Part shown: piece by piece, positions 1-9,885 of the stretch
Position numbering within the stretch: the first letter of the stretch is position 1
Layout: the number at the start of each line of letters is the position of its first letter
Source: Candidatus Caldarchaeum sp.
GTDB taxonomy: Archaea; Thermoproteota; Nitrososphaeria_A; Caldarchaeales; Caldarchaeaceae
Direction: 5' to 3'
Assembly (NCBI GenBank): GCA_033580815.1
Contig: JAVQUC010000003.1
Coordinates: 31,292-95,291 of the forward strand
DNA: 64,000 bases
Made by a program: the position numbers and the translations under genes
Notes under the pieces: generated by a model
What the model was told of the DNA's origin: nothing
The model's database searches: none
Seen by the model: the letters and a program-made list of their open reading frames with translations, nothing else

Positions 1-91
1 TGGTCCTGCACGTGTTTGAATGCTTTGACGAAGGCCTCGGACATCATGAGCTCGAGCTCAAACGTCTATTTATTTGTGTGTCAGATGTCCT

Positions 92-1072
92 TCACGTCTG
101 CTGTTCGTTCAAAAAACATGCCGAAAACCTGGCGCCTCCAAGTTCGTACATCGGCGGTTCGGTCGCGTCGCATTTTCCACGTATGAAAAACGGACATCTC
201 GGATGAAACCTACAACCCGCGGGGGGGTTGATGAGGTTCGGCGGCTCGCCTCCGACCACTTTTCGAAATGCCAGTCGGTTGCGTGGGTCTGGGTCTGGAA
301 TCGCGTCGATCAAAGCTTGTGTGTATGGATGGTTTGGGTTTTTCAGAACGTCTTTCGTCGGCCCAATTTCGACGAACTTACCCGCGTACATGACGGCTAT
401 TCTGTCGGAGAAGTATTTTGCGGTCGCTATGTCGTGGGTGATGTAAAGCATGGTTAGCCCGAATTTTTTCTGAATCTCCCTCAACAACAGCAGGATCTCC
501 ACCCTTATCGAGGCGTCCAACATGGTGACCGGCTCGTCGGCCACGATGAATTCGGGTTTCGAGATTATAGCCCTAGCAATCGCAACTCTCTGACGCTGGC
601 CTCCACTCATCATGTGGGGATATTTGTTCGCGAAATCCTCGGCGGGCATCAGTTTCACGTCCTCTAAAGCCTTCATCACCAACTCTCTCCGCTCGGTTTC
701 AGAGCCGATCCCATGGACGACAAGGGGCTCCTCAACTATTCTATAAACCGTAAACATTGGGTTAAGGCTCGAGTAGGGATCTTGGAAAATAGCACCCATT
801 CGTTTTGTGATCATCCTCAGCTGTTTTTCGTCTTGCTTGTTCACTTCTTGACCGTCAAAGAATATTTTACCCGAATGGGGTTGAACCGCTCCCAGTATCG
901 CTTTTCCAAACGTGGTCTTACCGCACCCGCTTTCACCGACGAGCGCGAGAGTCTCCCCCCTGCTGATGGCGGTTGTGACGTTGTCGACCGCCTTGACAAA
1001 ACCAACCGTTTTGAGAAATTTCCTAATCGGGAAATAGACTTTCAGGTTTTCGACTTCAACGAAAGGCCTCAA
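92..1072 (-). CDS. ABC transporter ATP-binding protein, oligopeptide/dipeptide (Opp/Dpp) family, OppF-like
   Basis: 326 aa. Walker A GESGCGKT, signature/Walker B MSGGQRQRVAIARA..IVADEP, and the Opp-type C-terminal motif GCRFHPRCP. Directly abuts the upstream ATPase gene (1073/1072). Confidence 0.9.
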   Translation of the reverse strand: MRPFVEVENLKVYFPIRKFLKTVGFVKAVDNVTTAISRGETLALVGESGCGKTTFGKAILGAVQPHSGKIFFDGQEVNKQDEKQLRMITKRMGAIFQDPYSSLNPMFTVYRIVEEPLVVHGIGSETERRELVMKALEDVKLMPAEDFANKYPHMMSGGQRQRVAIARAIISKPEFIVADEPVTMLDASIRVEILLLLREIQKKFGLTMLYITHDIATAKYFSDRIAVMYAGKFVEIGPTKDVLKNPNHPYTQALIDAIPDPDPRNRLAFRKVVGGEPPNLINPPAGCRFHPRCPFFIRGKCDATEPPMYELGGARFSACFLNEQQT

Positions 1073-2032
1073 CTACGTCTCCTCCATCAGCCAACAGGAC
1101 ACAATCTGGTCCGGGTCACGTAATAACGGCGGCGGCTCCTCAAGGTCGCATTTCCCCTTCATCATGTACGGACAGCGCGGATGGAACCGGCATCCGGATG
1201 GGGGGTTGATCAGGTCTGGCGGCGAGCCGGGAATAAATTTGGGAATTTTATCCGTTCTCAATGTCGGTACGCTTTCGATTAGAAGTTGTGTGTAGGGGTG
1301 CTTAGGTGATTGAAAGATTTTCTCTGCAGGTCCGCTCTCGACGATTTTTCCGGCGTACATTATCGCAATCTTGTCGGCAAGTTCGCTTGCTAGAGCAAGG
1401 TCGTGGGTGATGAAGATGTAAGAGGTTCCAAAATCATTTTTCATTTTTTTCAGCAAGTTCATGATGTTTGCTTGTGTTATTATGTCGAGGGCGGATGTGG
1501 GCTCGTCCAATATCACGATTTTTGGATTGGTGACCAAAGCCATGGCGATCGCGACCCTTTGCCGCATTCCGCCGCTCAATTCATGGGGGTAACGTGAAGC
1601 CATCTCACGGTTGATTCCGAGGTACGAAAGCGTTTCGAACGCTTTTTCCCTCGCCTCTGCCTTATTAAATCCCAAACCCTCTACCAGAGGTTCCGCAACC
1701 TGTTTGACAACCGGTATCACAGGGTTTAGCGTGTTCATGGCGCCTTGGAAAACCATGGCGATTCCGTTCAGCCTTACTTTCCTCCTAAAGCTTTCTTCGT
1801 CAAGCCTCATCACATCGTCCCCGTCGAAGAAGACTTCGCCGGCGTATTTCGCGACGTTCTTAGGAGTGAGTCTTATCAAGGCGAGCGCGAGCGATGATTT
1901 TCCGGAGCCACTTTCACCGACTATCGAAAGCGTTTCCCGTGCTCGGAGCTCGAAGCTGACCCCGTCTACAGCTTTCACCACTCCTTTCTCGGACTCATAG
2001 TGGAGGATTAGGTCGTTAACCCGAAGCAGCAA
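1073..2032 (-). CDS. ABC transporter ATP-binding protein, oligopeptide/dipeptide family, OppD-like
   Basis: 319 aa. Walker A GESGSGKS, LSGGMRQRVAIAMA..ILDEPTSALD, and C-terminal GCRFHPRCP. Confidence 0.9.
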   Translation of the reverse strand: MLLRVNDLILHYESEKGVVKAVDGVSFELRARETLSIVGESGSGKSSLALALIRLTPKNVAKYAGEVFFDGDDVMRLDEESFRRKVRLNGIAMVFQGAMNTLNPVIPVVKQVAEPLVEGLGFNKAEAREKAFETLSYLGINREMASRYPHELSGGMRQRVAIAMALVTNPKIVILDEPTSALDIITQANIMNLLKKMKNDFGTSYIFITHDLALASELADKIAIMYAGKIVESGPAEKIFQSPKHPYTQLLIESVPTLRTDKIPKFIPGSPPDLINPPSGCRFHPRCPYMMKGKCDLEEPPPLLRDPDQIVSCWLMEET

Positions 2033-2072
2033 GCTATTGTATAAAAAAGAGGAGACTGTTTAAAAAAGTGTT

Positions 2073-4826
2073 TTAGGGCTTTTTTGGTCGGCGTACTATC
2101 GAAAGAACCGATAGCACTAAGGCGATTACCGAGACTGCCAAGACCAACTGAGCTGTCAACAAGATTGATTCGGCCGTGCGTGTCAGCTGCGCTACACTTT
2201 CGTTTATCGTCGTGGCCGACGCTGCTAATGTGTTCACGGTTGATTCGACTCTGCCGACTCTGTCGTTTACCGTTCCCACCCTATCACTGACCGAATTTAT
2301 CGCTCCCTGCACACCCGACAAAGCGGCTGCAAGGTCCCTGCTAACTGCGCCGAGCCTGTCAAGAAGCTCCTTTGATACCACCTCGATGCTTTCAACCAAA
2401 GGCTCGATGTTCAAAACGTCGACGAACTCTTTGACAGAGGCCACCGACGCAACTTCATCGCTGTAAGCCGCTATCGTGAACTCGTACAGGCCGCCGGGTC
2501 TGAGTGTTCTCGTGAAGTCGGGCGCCAGCCTGATGATGAACCTTGTGGGAGTAACTTTTTCTGCGCTGCCGACTTGGAGAATTTCGCCGGTGACGGGGTC
2601 TTTGACCAAGTATATCGCGTATAGGGGTGCGGGACCTCTGACGTCGATGAGCAACAACGACTCTCCTCCGGGAGTAATGGTTGATTTTCCGACGTTAGCT
2701 ATCTCGACTGTGGGGGGCAGGCCCCAGAAGTTGTCACCGGGCCTGTATGGGTAGGTTGGGTCACGGAATGCTTCGAGTTTGAGGTATTGGGCCGTGCTGT
2801 CGAATGCCGTTAACATGAAGGGCCCGTTGCCAATCCAAAGGATCGAGTATTTGTTATGCCAATCGAGCGCCGCGTCGTATCTTTCGACCGCGGTTTCCCT
2901 CGTTTCGAATATTCTGTTTCCCACTCGGAAGAATCCTTCGGGGAAATAGCCTTCGGTCTTCAGTGTACTGATTGCTGACGCAACTGCGGCCGCATGCTCC
3001 CGGAGAACAAGGCTGAGCCATGGAACACCTCTCGCGGTCGCCGCTGAATCACTGTAGGCAAAAGTCCTTTCTTCGAAAACGAGTTTGTCCATCGCCGCCT
3101 TGATCTCCCACGGAACGGTCATGCATGGAGCAGAAACGACCCATAGGTTGCCCTGGCTGGCGATGTAGTTGGGATTGAAATGCCAGTAGTCGATGTATGA
3201 TTCGACCCTGTTGTCCGGCAGTATTCTAAATCCTTTTAGCACTTCAGTGAAAAATGGTCTGTTTGCCGTGGCCACAGCGCTTTCGAGTTCCGATTTCGCC
3301 GGGTCCGCAACGACGTCCCACAGGCTCGCGAGGTTGAACAACAAGTCTGCCACCGATATCTGGATGCCATGATGCCATTTGGACCCGAAGAACTTCGAGT
3401 AATCAAGCGTCACCTTGCTTTTGGCCTTTACACCCGACCCGACGGGCACCCAACGGTCGTTAACAGCATCCCAAACAACTGCGTCGGCGGGCACATCCAA
3501 CGTCCCGTCCGGGCCGGCCGTGACAACGTCGAAGGATGCCCGTATTGGAATGGGCAGACCGTTGAATGGATGTGGATAAATCGCCGGGTCGCAAGTGCAC
3601 GCTGCCGGATCAACTGAGTACACGTCCCTGAAACCACCGACAGGATTCCAGGTGGTTCTCTCAGTCCATACCCAGAGATGACCGACCTTAAGCGTCGGCT
3701 TATCTGGAACGTACGCGTTTCTTATCACGTGCCAGGCCCTCAGACCAGCTCCGACATCGTTGGTGATTCCGACAACTTTGTCGGTTGTGATGTAGGAGTC
3801 AAGCCGTGTCACACCCCATATCCTAATTGACTCGAGAATACCCAGCTCGGCAAGTTGCCTGTATAACTGGTCTCTCTCCTCCTTGCTCTTGAACTCACCC
3901 CGATAGATCTTCTGGCCGAGTTCATCGGCGAGCTTATTTTCGTACTGCCAGAAGCCGGCCTCGGCCCAGCCGGGCATGAAAGTGAACCAAGGCGCGTTGA
4001 ATTGGTTGATTGAAGAGGTGTCATACTTGTCGACTGCTGTCTTGCCCCATCCTTCGGTGTAGAGATGCCACTGGAATTCTTTGGGGTCGGAACCGTAAAT
4101 TATCTGTATAGCGGGGCCGAAAGGCAAATAGATCCTTTCAACCGTGAATCCCAGCTTTTCCAACTCTGCTGCGAAGGAATCGCCCATCTGACGTCTTTCG
4201 TCTTCGATTCTGATGATGAACTTCAGTGTCACGGGCTTTCCCTGGTAAACCCATTTGCCAGCGACTTTCTCAGCACCCAGTCTAGTCATCTCTTCATCGA
4301 TGATGGAAGCCGCAAGAGCCGGGTCGTATTTGAAATCGTATTTAGCGATGATGTCGAAAATTGTGGTGTAGTCTGGGTCTACGGAGCTAAGGAATGATAC
4401 CATCGGCAGCGCAAGCCCGCCGAAAACGTCTCGAACCATGAATTCTCTGTTGAAGACATAGTTCAGGGCGAACCTGATTTTCTGGTTGTTCAACGGGTTA
4501 AGCTCGCCCGTGGGTGCTGGAGCCGGGTTCAAAACGATGTCGTTCAAACCAGAGGCCGCCGCATACAGCCTAATCTCTCTCACACCGACGAGGGCTTTGG
4601 CCTGCGCCGCGCGAAGGCCAAACTGGTAGATGTCGATGTCCCCTCTCCTGACGGCCTCAGGCGCCAAATCCAACGGAACTCTCGTATACTCAACCACATC
4701 TGCCGCGGGACCCGGTCTGGTGTGTGGCGCGGTGTACTGAGACAGAACCGAAGGGATTACCGACGCCGCCAAAAACACCGCTAACAACGCTGCGAACGCT
4801 TTAGACGATATGATTGGGTTTTTCAT
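2073..4826 (-). CDS. ABC transporter substrate-binding protein (family 5, peptide/oligosaccharide type), surface-anchored
   Basis: 917 aa. N-terminal signal-like segment MKNPIISSKAFAALLAVFLAASVIPSVLSQ and a long family-5 SBP-like core. The C-terminal region is Ser/Val-rich and coiled (SDRVGTVNDRVGRVESTVNTL), followed by a TM helix and a basic tail (LVLAVSVIALVLSVLSIVRRPKKP). Lies in an operon with two Opp ATPases. Confidence 0.8.
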   Translation of the reverse strand: MKNPIISSKAFAALLAVFLAASVIPSVLSQYTAPHTRPGPAADVVEYTRVPLDLAPEAVRRGDIDIYQFGLRAAQAKALVGVREIRLYAAASGLNDIVLNPAPAPTGELNPLNNQKIRFALNYVFNREFMVRDVFGGLALPMVSFLSSVDPDYTTIFDIIAKYDFKYDPALAASIIDEEMTRLGAEKVAGKWVYQGKPVTLKFIIRIEDERRQMGDSFAAELEKLGFTVERIYLPFGPAIQIIYGSDPKEFQWHLYTEGWGKTAVDKYDTSSINQFNAPWFTFMPGWAEAGFWQYENKLADELGQKIYRGEFKSKEERDQLYRQLAELGILESIRIWGVTRLDSYITTDKVVGITNDVGAGLRAWHVIRNAYVPDKPTLKVGHLWVWTERTTWNPVGGFRDVYSVDPAACTCDPAIYPHPFNGLPIPIRASFDVVTAGPDGTLDVPADAVVWDAVNDRWVPVGSGVKAKSKVTLDYSKFFGSKWHHGIQISVADLLFNLASLWDVVADPAKSELESAVATANRPFFTEVLKGFRILPDNRVESYIDYWHFNPNYIASQGNLWVVSAPCMTVPWEIKAAMDKLVFEERTFAYSDSAATARGVPWLSLVLREHAAAVASAISTLKTEGYFPEGFFRVGNRIFETRETAVERYDAALDWHNKYSILWIGNGPFMLTAFDSTAQYLKLEAFRDPTYPYRPGDNFWGLPPTVEIANVGKSTITPGGESLLLIDVRGPAPLYAIYLVKDPVTGEILQVGSAEKVTPTRFIIRLAPDFTRTLRPGGLYEFTIAAYSDEVASVASVKEFVDVLNIEPLVESIEVVSKELLDRLGAVSRDLAAALSGVQGAINSVSDRVGTVNDRVGRVESTVNTLAASATTINESVAQLTRTAESILLTAQLVLAVSVIALVLSVLSIVRRPKKP

Positions 4827-4945
4827 ACATATTGTGAATATAGCGTGTGACTTTTATGCTTTGCCCAATTTTTGTGGACCGATAACCGTTTTCGGACAGG
4901 GTTTGATACATTTATTAGCCCACGCCGCCGACTCTTGAATAGGGA
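4827..4945. promoter_or_regulatory. Divergent promoter region of the ABC transporter genes
   Basis: 119-bp intergenic region. On the minus strand, CATAAAAG (4851-4858) lies about 28 nt upstream of the SBP start at 4826. On the plus strand, TTTATTA (4911-4917) lies about 32 nt upstream of the ATG at 4946. The spacing fits archaeal TATA boxes with short or absent leaders. Confidence 0.4.
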
Positions 4946-5992
4946 ATGGGTTTAGGGCGGACCCTGGCATTCAAGGCCGTCACCCTAGGGTTGGTTCTTG
5001 TGGGTGTGCTGGTTCTTACGTCCGCGATTCTCGGCGCTACGGGTGTTTCGGACAAGCTGCTGATGGCAATAGTCAATGAAGAGGTTAGAGGATTCCGGCA
5101 AGCGATATCAAGGAGCGTAACCGACCCAGAAGCTTTGAACCAGGCGGTCAAAGAATACGAAACACAGCTTATCAAGTCCTACGGCCTCGACCGACCCTGG
5201 TATCTGCGGCTGGGAGACATGGTTATCCGGATAATATTCCTCGACCTAGGAAACGCAAAAAACATCCAAAGCTTCGCCGGAAGCAAAAGGGTAGCCGACA
5301 TAATCGCCGAAAGAATACCAAACACAGTATTGCTCGTAACAACGGCGATACTGATCAACTCGGCAATAGGCGTGATGATTGGTCCTCGGTTGGCGATGAA
5401 GGTAGGTTCGAAGTTCGACCAGGTTATCTCATATTTCTCAGCGATTTCCTACGCCTTGCCTACTTGGTGGACAGGGATACTATTCATCCTCCTCTTCGCC
5501 TTTTACATCAGAATCTTTCCCTTCGGAGGCATGTACAGCTCCCCCCCACCAGCCGATGAACTCGGTAGGTTCATTGACCTACTCTGGCACGCAACCCTTC
5601 CAGTGATAGTCTTGGTCATCGCCAACGTCGGAGTCAGCATATACGTGACAAGGACTCTTGTCCTCAACGTCTCGCAGGAGGATTACGTTATGGCCGCCAA
5701 AGCACGTGGACTTCCAGAGAAAATCGTACGAAGAAGATACGTGATGCGGGTGGCAGCCCCACCTATACTGACTAACATAATGCTGGCGCTGGCTGGGTCA
5801 ATCGGAGGAGCGATTTTAACGGAAGCTGTTTTCAGCTGGCCGGGTCTAGGAACCTTATTCTATCAAGCAATCACCACATCGGACGAAGCGTTGATTCTTG
5901 GGCTAACATACGTCTTTACACTGGTTTATGTTGTCGCACGCTTTCTTCTGGAAGCGCTTTATGTTGTGTTAGACCCTAGGGTGAGGATATAA
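4946..5992 (+). CDS. ABC transporter permease, OppB/DppB-like
   Basis: 348 aa, multi-TM. EAA-loop region EDYVMAAKARGLPEKIVRRRYVMRVAAPPILT is typical of Opp/Dpp permeases. Confidence 0.9.
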   Translation: MGLGRTLAFKAVTLGLVLVGVLVLTSAILGATGVSDKLLMAIVNEEVRGFRQAISRSVTDPEALNQAVKEYETQLIKSYGLDRPWYLRLGDMVIRIIFLDLGNAKNIQSFAGSKRVADIIAERIPNTVLLVTTAILINSAIGVMIGPRLAMKVGSKFDQVISYFSAISYALPTWWTGILFILLFAFYIRIFPFGGMYSSPPPADELGRFIDLLWHATLPVIVLVIANVGVSIYVTRTLVLNVSQEDYVMAAKARGLPEKIVRRRYVMRVAAPPILTNIMLALAGSIGGAILTEAVFSWPGLGTLFYQAITTSDEALILGLTYVFTLVYVVARFLLEALYVVLDPRVRI

Positions 5993-7423
5993 TTGGCTCT
6001 CACCCTTAGAGATTCGCTCAAACTCTTCTGGTCATTTGGAAAATCAAAAGCCGGCGTAGTCCTTTTGCTGGTTTTTGTAGTAATTTCGGTTTACGTTGTT
6101 CTCACCTACTCTCCTGAGTATTCTCGCCTTGTCTGGAACAACCCGGCTGCATGGGAAGAATATCCAAAGAGTGTCCCCCCAGCGTGGACATCTCTTTTTT
6201 CTGGAAGAGCACAGCTCGAAACAAAATTCCTAACAACGGACATTCCACGGATAGATCGAGTCGGGAACGAAAAGATTTACACATGGTCTATCCGTTTCAA
6301 CTACCTCGCCGACGACCTACCCTCTTTCGTTCTTCTCAGGGTCGAAGAATTGAGCTATTGGAAAAACCCGCCCGTGATAAACATTGCTGTGGTTAGGCCT
6401 GATGGCTACAAGATCGACCTCTACACGTTCATACCCCCCGCACCCAGAGCCGGCGAAGAGCCGCCGTACAAAAGGTTCGAAACATCGCCGTACCGCGTCA
6501 AACTGGAATCAGAAGTTCAAGCCCTAAGGGCGGTCTCCTCTTTCCTATTCCAAAGATACGGTTTATCTATAACGCCTTCGGAGGTTGGTGCGACAGGCAT
6601 CCAAAGGTACGTTTTCGGACAGATGAAAGCCGACAAAAACTTCACCACTCTGAAGGGCATCTACGAGTTCCAGATAAATGTAAGGGCGTTTGACGAAAGA
6701 GATTCGGTCTCCAGAATTACAGTAGTCTTGGGGGGGACTGTTCACGGGTTGATGGGAACCGACACGATCGGAAGAGACCTCGCTGTGGGGTTGCTCTTGG
6801 GATTTCCGACATCGTTGTTTGTGGGGGTCGTCACCTCGATATTCGTCACCACTGTGGGGGCCGTGCTCGGCACTGTGGGGGGATATCTCGGGGGGAGAGT
6901 GGATGAAGTTATTCAGCGAGCCGCCGACATAGTCAACAACATTCCACTGCTTCCACTGACGATATTTCTCATCTTCATCATCGGCCCGTCAATAACAAAC
7001 ATTGTATTAGTGCTGGTCTTGTTTGGATGGCCTGGATTGACCATCGTGGTTAGGTCCGTTGTGCTGCAGGTGAGGGAGTCGCAGTTTGTTGAGGTGGCGC
7101 GCGTACTCGGAAGCTCGACATCTAGAATTGTCTTCCTTCACATTTTTCCGCAAGTCGCGCCATTCATCGTGGCTCAAATGATATTTTTCGTTCCAAACTT
7201 CATCTTGCTTGAAGCTGCGTTGAGCTTTTTAGGATTGGGAGACCCGTCACTTCCAACGTGGGGGCAGTTGTTGGAGCTCGGCTTCAGAAACAACGCTGTC
7301 TACCTTGGGTATTGGTGGTGGGTGCTGCCTCCCGGCATATTCATAGTCGCTGTCGCAGTAGTTTTCGTCCTGATTGCCTTAGGCATGGAGCCCGTCGTAA
7401 ACCCGAGATTAAGAAAGAGATAA
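5993..7423 (+). CDS. ABC transporter permease, OppC/DppC-like, with a large N-terminal extracytoplasmic insert
   Basis: 476 aa. One N-terminal TM, then about 200 aa of soluble sequence, then the conserved permease core (GTDTIGRDL.., LGDPSLPTWGQLL). The start abuts the oppB-like stop. Confidence 0.85.
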   Translation: MALTLRDSLKLFWSFGKSKAGVVLLLVFVVISVYVVLTYSPEYSRLVWNNPAAWEEYPKSVPPAWTSLFSGRAQLETKFLTTDIPRIDRVGNEKIYTWSIRFNYLADDLPSFVLLRVEELSYWKNPPVINIAVVRPDGYKIDLYTFIPPAPRAGEEPPYKRFETSPYRVKLESEVQALRAVSSFLFQRYGLSITPSEVGATGIQRYVFGQMKADKNFTTLKGIYEFQINVRAFDERDSVSRITVVLGGTVHGLMGTDTIGRDLAVGLLLGFPTSLFVGVVTSIFVTTVGAVLGTVGGYLGGRVDEVIQRAADIVNNIPLLPLTIFLIFIIGPSITNIVLVLVLFGWPGLTIVVRSVVLQVRESQFVEVARVLGSSTSRIVFLHIFPQVAPFIVAQMIFFVPNFILLEAALSFLGLGDPSLPTWGQLLELGFRNNAVYLGYWWWVLPPGIFIVAVAVVFVLIALGMEPVVNPRLRKR

Positions 7424-7467
7424 TGCTCGGTAAAAACTAAATAAAACAGGCAACCTTGTTAAGGTAG

Positions 7468-7541
7468 GCCCAGGTGGTATAGCCAGGTTAGCATCGCCGG
7501 CTGTCGCCCGGCGGACCCGGGTTCAAATCCCGGCCTGGGCG
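7468..7541 (+). tRNA. tRNA-Asp (anticodon GUC)
   Basis: Hand-folded cloverleaf. Acceptor GCCCAGG/CCTGGGC, anticodon stem GCCGG/CCGGC with loop CTGTCGC, and T arm CCGGG-TTCAAAT-CCCGG. There is no intron and CCA is not encoded. The AT-rich AAACTAAATAAAAC lies about 27 nt upstream. Confidence 0.85.
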
Positions 7542-7542
7542 C

Positions 7543-8793
7543 CTAAACTCGATAGCCCCGCATAGATTTTTCGAACGTGATTTCCTCGAAGTTGATTCCG
7601 AGTTTCTTAGCATACTTGTAGGATTCGATGATTTCTTCGCGGCTTGGGTAACGGGCCATGTCGCTGAATCTTTTGTCGTATCTTGGGTCGTTTGGGTTGC
7701 AGTAGCAGTCGGGATGGTACTGGTCCATGATGTTGACTGGGGTGTCGGGCATGTTTGCTGAAATCCATTCCAGAACGGGCTTGGTGCAGCATTCGACATG
7801 CCCCGGCATAATCAAATGCCTGATTACAACGTCTTCACCCCAGTCGTAGATGGCTTTATGGTTCTCAGCCACTGTCTCAAAATACCAAGGCGTTCTCGCC
7901 AAATGTATCGCGCATTTGTTGTTCCCGAACTTGAAGTCGGGCAGCCAAATGTCAACTAGTTCTCTGAGAATCTTCATGGTTTCCCGGCTCATGTACATGT
8001 TGGAGTTCCAAAGGATGGGTGTGTTGAAATCTTTTTCATAGTACGCGTGCCTTGGGTCGAGTGGGTATGGGTAGTAGGCGTCGGCCTTCACGTCTAACGC
8101 TTCCGCCCTAACCTCTTTGAAGAACCGTAGCATGCTGATGGCTTCCACTATCGTGTGGAGATGGATGGTCGGTTCTCCGCCGACAAGGTTGATGTTGTGA
8201 CATCCCTCCATCCGCAGCTGCCACATAACCCACGCAAGAGTCTGCGGCGTGAAGACCACACCGTTTTCCTTGTCGTGCGAAATGTCAGCGTTCTGACAAA
8301 AGACGCAGCGCATGTTACATGATGTGAAGAAAATTGTTCCAGATCCACGAGTTCCACGAATCGGGAGCTCCTCCCCCAGATGATGGAAGTAGCTTGAAAC
8401 ACGTGAATCGGATTCAAGCTGACAAGTGCCGTGTTTGGTTCCAGCCGCGCGGTCAACCCTGCAGTTCCAGCGACAAAAGTTGCAATGTCGAAGCATCTTT
8501 TTCACTATGGCGACCTTGACGTCGAGGAAGTTGGGCTTTTTGACGTCAAGTTGTTTAAACGATGTCGAGCCCTCCCTGATTTCACGGTGTATTTTCCGAA
8601 ATTCTGCAGCGGCTTTCTCGTGGATGTCCCAGAGCTCTTCTTCACCGAGCTCTGAGGGGTTTTCTTCAACGGCCACACGTCTACATAGCAGATATTTTGC
8701 GGGCATTCTGTTCGTCGATACTGCGTAGTACCAGTCGAGTTTCCCCCTTATCCCTGGTGTCTGCCATACCTGAAGGGAGGCGAAACCGGCCAT
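7543..8793 (-). CDS. Radical SAM protein, PflX-like (homolog of pyruvate formate-lyase activating enzymes)
   Basis: 416 aa. CxxxCxxC cluster motif CNMRCVFCQN plus an extra N-terminal Cys cluster CNFCRWNC. The length and layout resemble COG1313-type proteins (from memory). Confidence 0.8.
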   Translation of the reverse strand: MAGFASLQVWQTPGIRGKLDWYYAVSTNRMPAKYLLCRRVAVEENPSELGEEELWDIHEKAAAEFRKIHREIREGSTSFKQLDVKKPNFLDVKVAIVKKMLRHCNFCRWNCRVDRAAGTKHGTCQLESDSRVSSYFHHLGEELPIRGTRGSGTIFFTSCNMRCVFCQNADISHDKENGVVFTPQTLAWVMWQLRMEGCHNINLVGGEPTIHLHTIVEAISMLRFFKEVRAEALDVKADAYYPYPLDPRHAYYEKDFNTPILWNSNMYMSRETMKILRELVDIWLPDFKFGNNKCAIHLARTPWYFETVAENHKAIYDWGEDVVIRHLIMPGHVECCTKPVLEWISANMPDTPVNIMDQYHPDCYCNPNDPRYDKRFSDMARYPSREEIIESYKYAKKLGINFEEITFEKSMRGYRV

Positions 8794-8865
8794 CCTACTA
8801 ACAAATTATGTGCGCAGGGGTTGAAAAACTTATGCTTTTATGAAGCCTGCTTTGTTTTGACGGCT

Positions 8866-9885
8866 GTGTACCGGGTCAGCGTCATCAAGGGCGACGGAAT
8901 CGGGCCCTACATAGTCGAGAGGACAATAGACCTGCTTGGTTGGATGGGTGAAATATTTGGGTTTAGCTTCGATTTCAGGGATGCTCCAGCCGGAGACGCG
9001 GCCATGCAGACTTACGGAACTCCTCTGCCCAGCGACTCCTACAAAACAATACTGGGAAGCGATGCATGCCTTAAAGGACCAGTCGGGGAAACAGCCCGTG
9101 ACGTAATCGTCTACCTCCGTCAAAAACTCGACCTCTACGCAAACATAAGGCCCTTCAAAAACCTCCCCGGAATCAGAAGCAAATGGAGCGGAGTCGATTT
9201 CGTCATCGTGAGGGAGAACACCGAGGATTTGTACAAATCAGTCGAAGACGTTGGCGACCATCACGCGGTCGCCATGCTCGTTATAACGAGGAAGGCAAGC
9301 GAGAGAATAGCGAAGACGGCCTTCGAAATAGCTCTTAAACGACGCAGAAAAATGACGATCGTGCATAAGGCCAACGTCGTCCGAGCCTACCAATTTTTCA
9401 GAAACGTCTGCATGGAGGTTGGTAAAGGCTATGCCGGCGTCTCGGTCGATGAGATGTATGTTGATAACGCGGCTTATCAGATGGTTTTGAACCCGCAAGT
9501 TTTCGACGTAATTCTCACCCCGAACATGTTCGGGGATATTCTCAGCGATTTGGCGGCCGGTGTCGTTGGTACGATTGGCGTCGCAGGCTCTGCAAACATC
9601 GGGGAATCTTATGGGTTGTTTGAGCCGGTTCACGGGTCGGCTCCCGGTCTCAAGCCGGAGCTCGCAAACCCGACTGGCCAGCTGATGGCAGCCAAGATGA
9701 TGCTCGAATGGCTCGGACACAGGAAAAGCGATTCAAGGCTCGAGCAGTCGGCGCAGATTCTGGAAAAAAGCATTGAGCAGGTGTTGAGTGAGGGGAACTT
9801 TTTAACGGCCGACCTGGGAGGAAGAGCAACCTGTGATGAATTCGTGGAAGAAGTGAGGAAAAAAATTGTCGCATCACTTGGGTGA
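8866..9885 (+). CDS. Isopropylmalate/homoisocitrate/isocitrate dehydrogenase family enzyme
   Basis: The ORF track starts at TTG 8821. Family N-termini begin just before IKGDGIGP, so GTG 8866 (or TTG 8857) is the more likely start. Motifs: LYANIRP, VIVRENTEDLY, NMFGDILSDLAAG..GSANIG, EPVHGSAP. Confidence 0.85.
   Translation: MYRVSVIKGDGIGPYIVERTIDLLGWMGEIFGFSFDFRDAPAGDAAMQTYGTPLPSDSYKTILGSDACLKGPVGETARDVIVYLRQKLDLYANIRPFKNLPGIRSKWSGVDFVIVRENTEDLYKSVEDVGDHHAVAMLVITRKASERIAKTAFEIALKRRRKMTIVHKANVVRAYQFFRNVCMEVGKGYAGVSVDEMYVDNAAYQMVLNPQVFDVILTPNMFGDILSDLAAGVVGTIGVAGSANIGESYGLFEPVHGSAPGLKPELANPTGQLMAAKMMLEWLGHRKSDSRLEQSAQILEKSIEQVLSEGNFLTADLGGRATCDEFVEEVRKKIVASLG

Noticed and set aside
1-47. Minus-strand ATG-ATG at 47-42 opening an ORF (MMSEAFVKAFKHVQD..) that leaves the window
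   Set aside because: Only 15 codons are visible, which is too little to support a gene call. It is possibly the next gene downstream of the opp ATPases.
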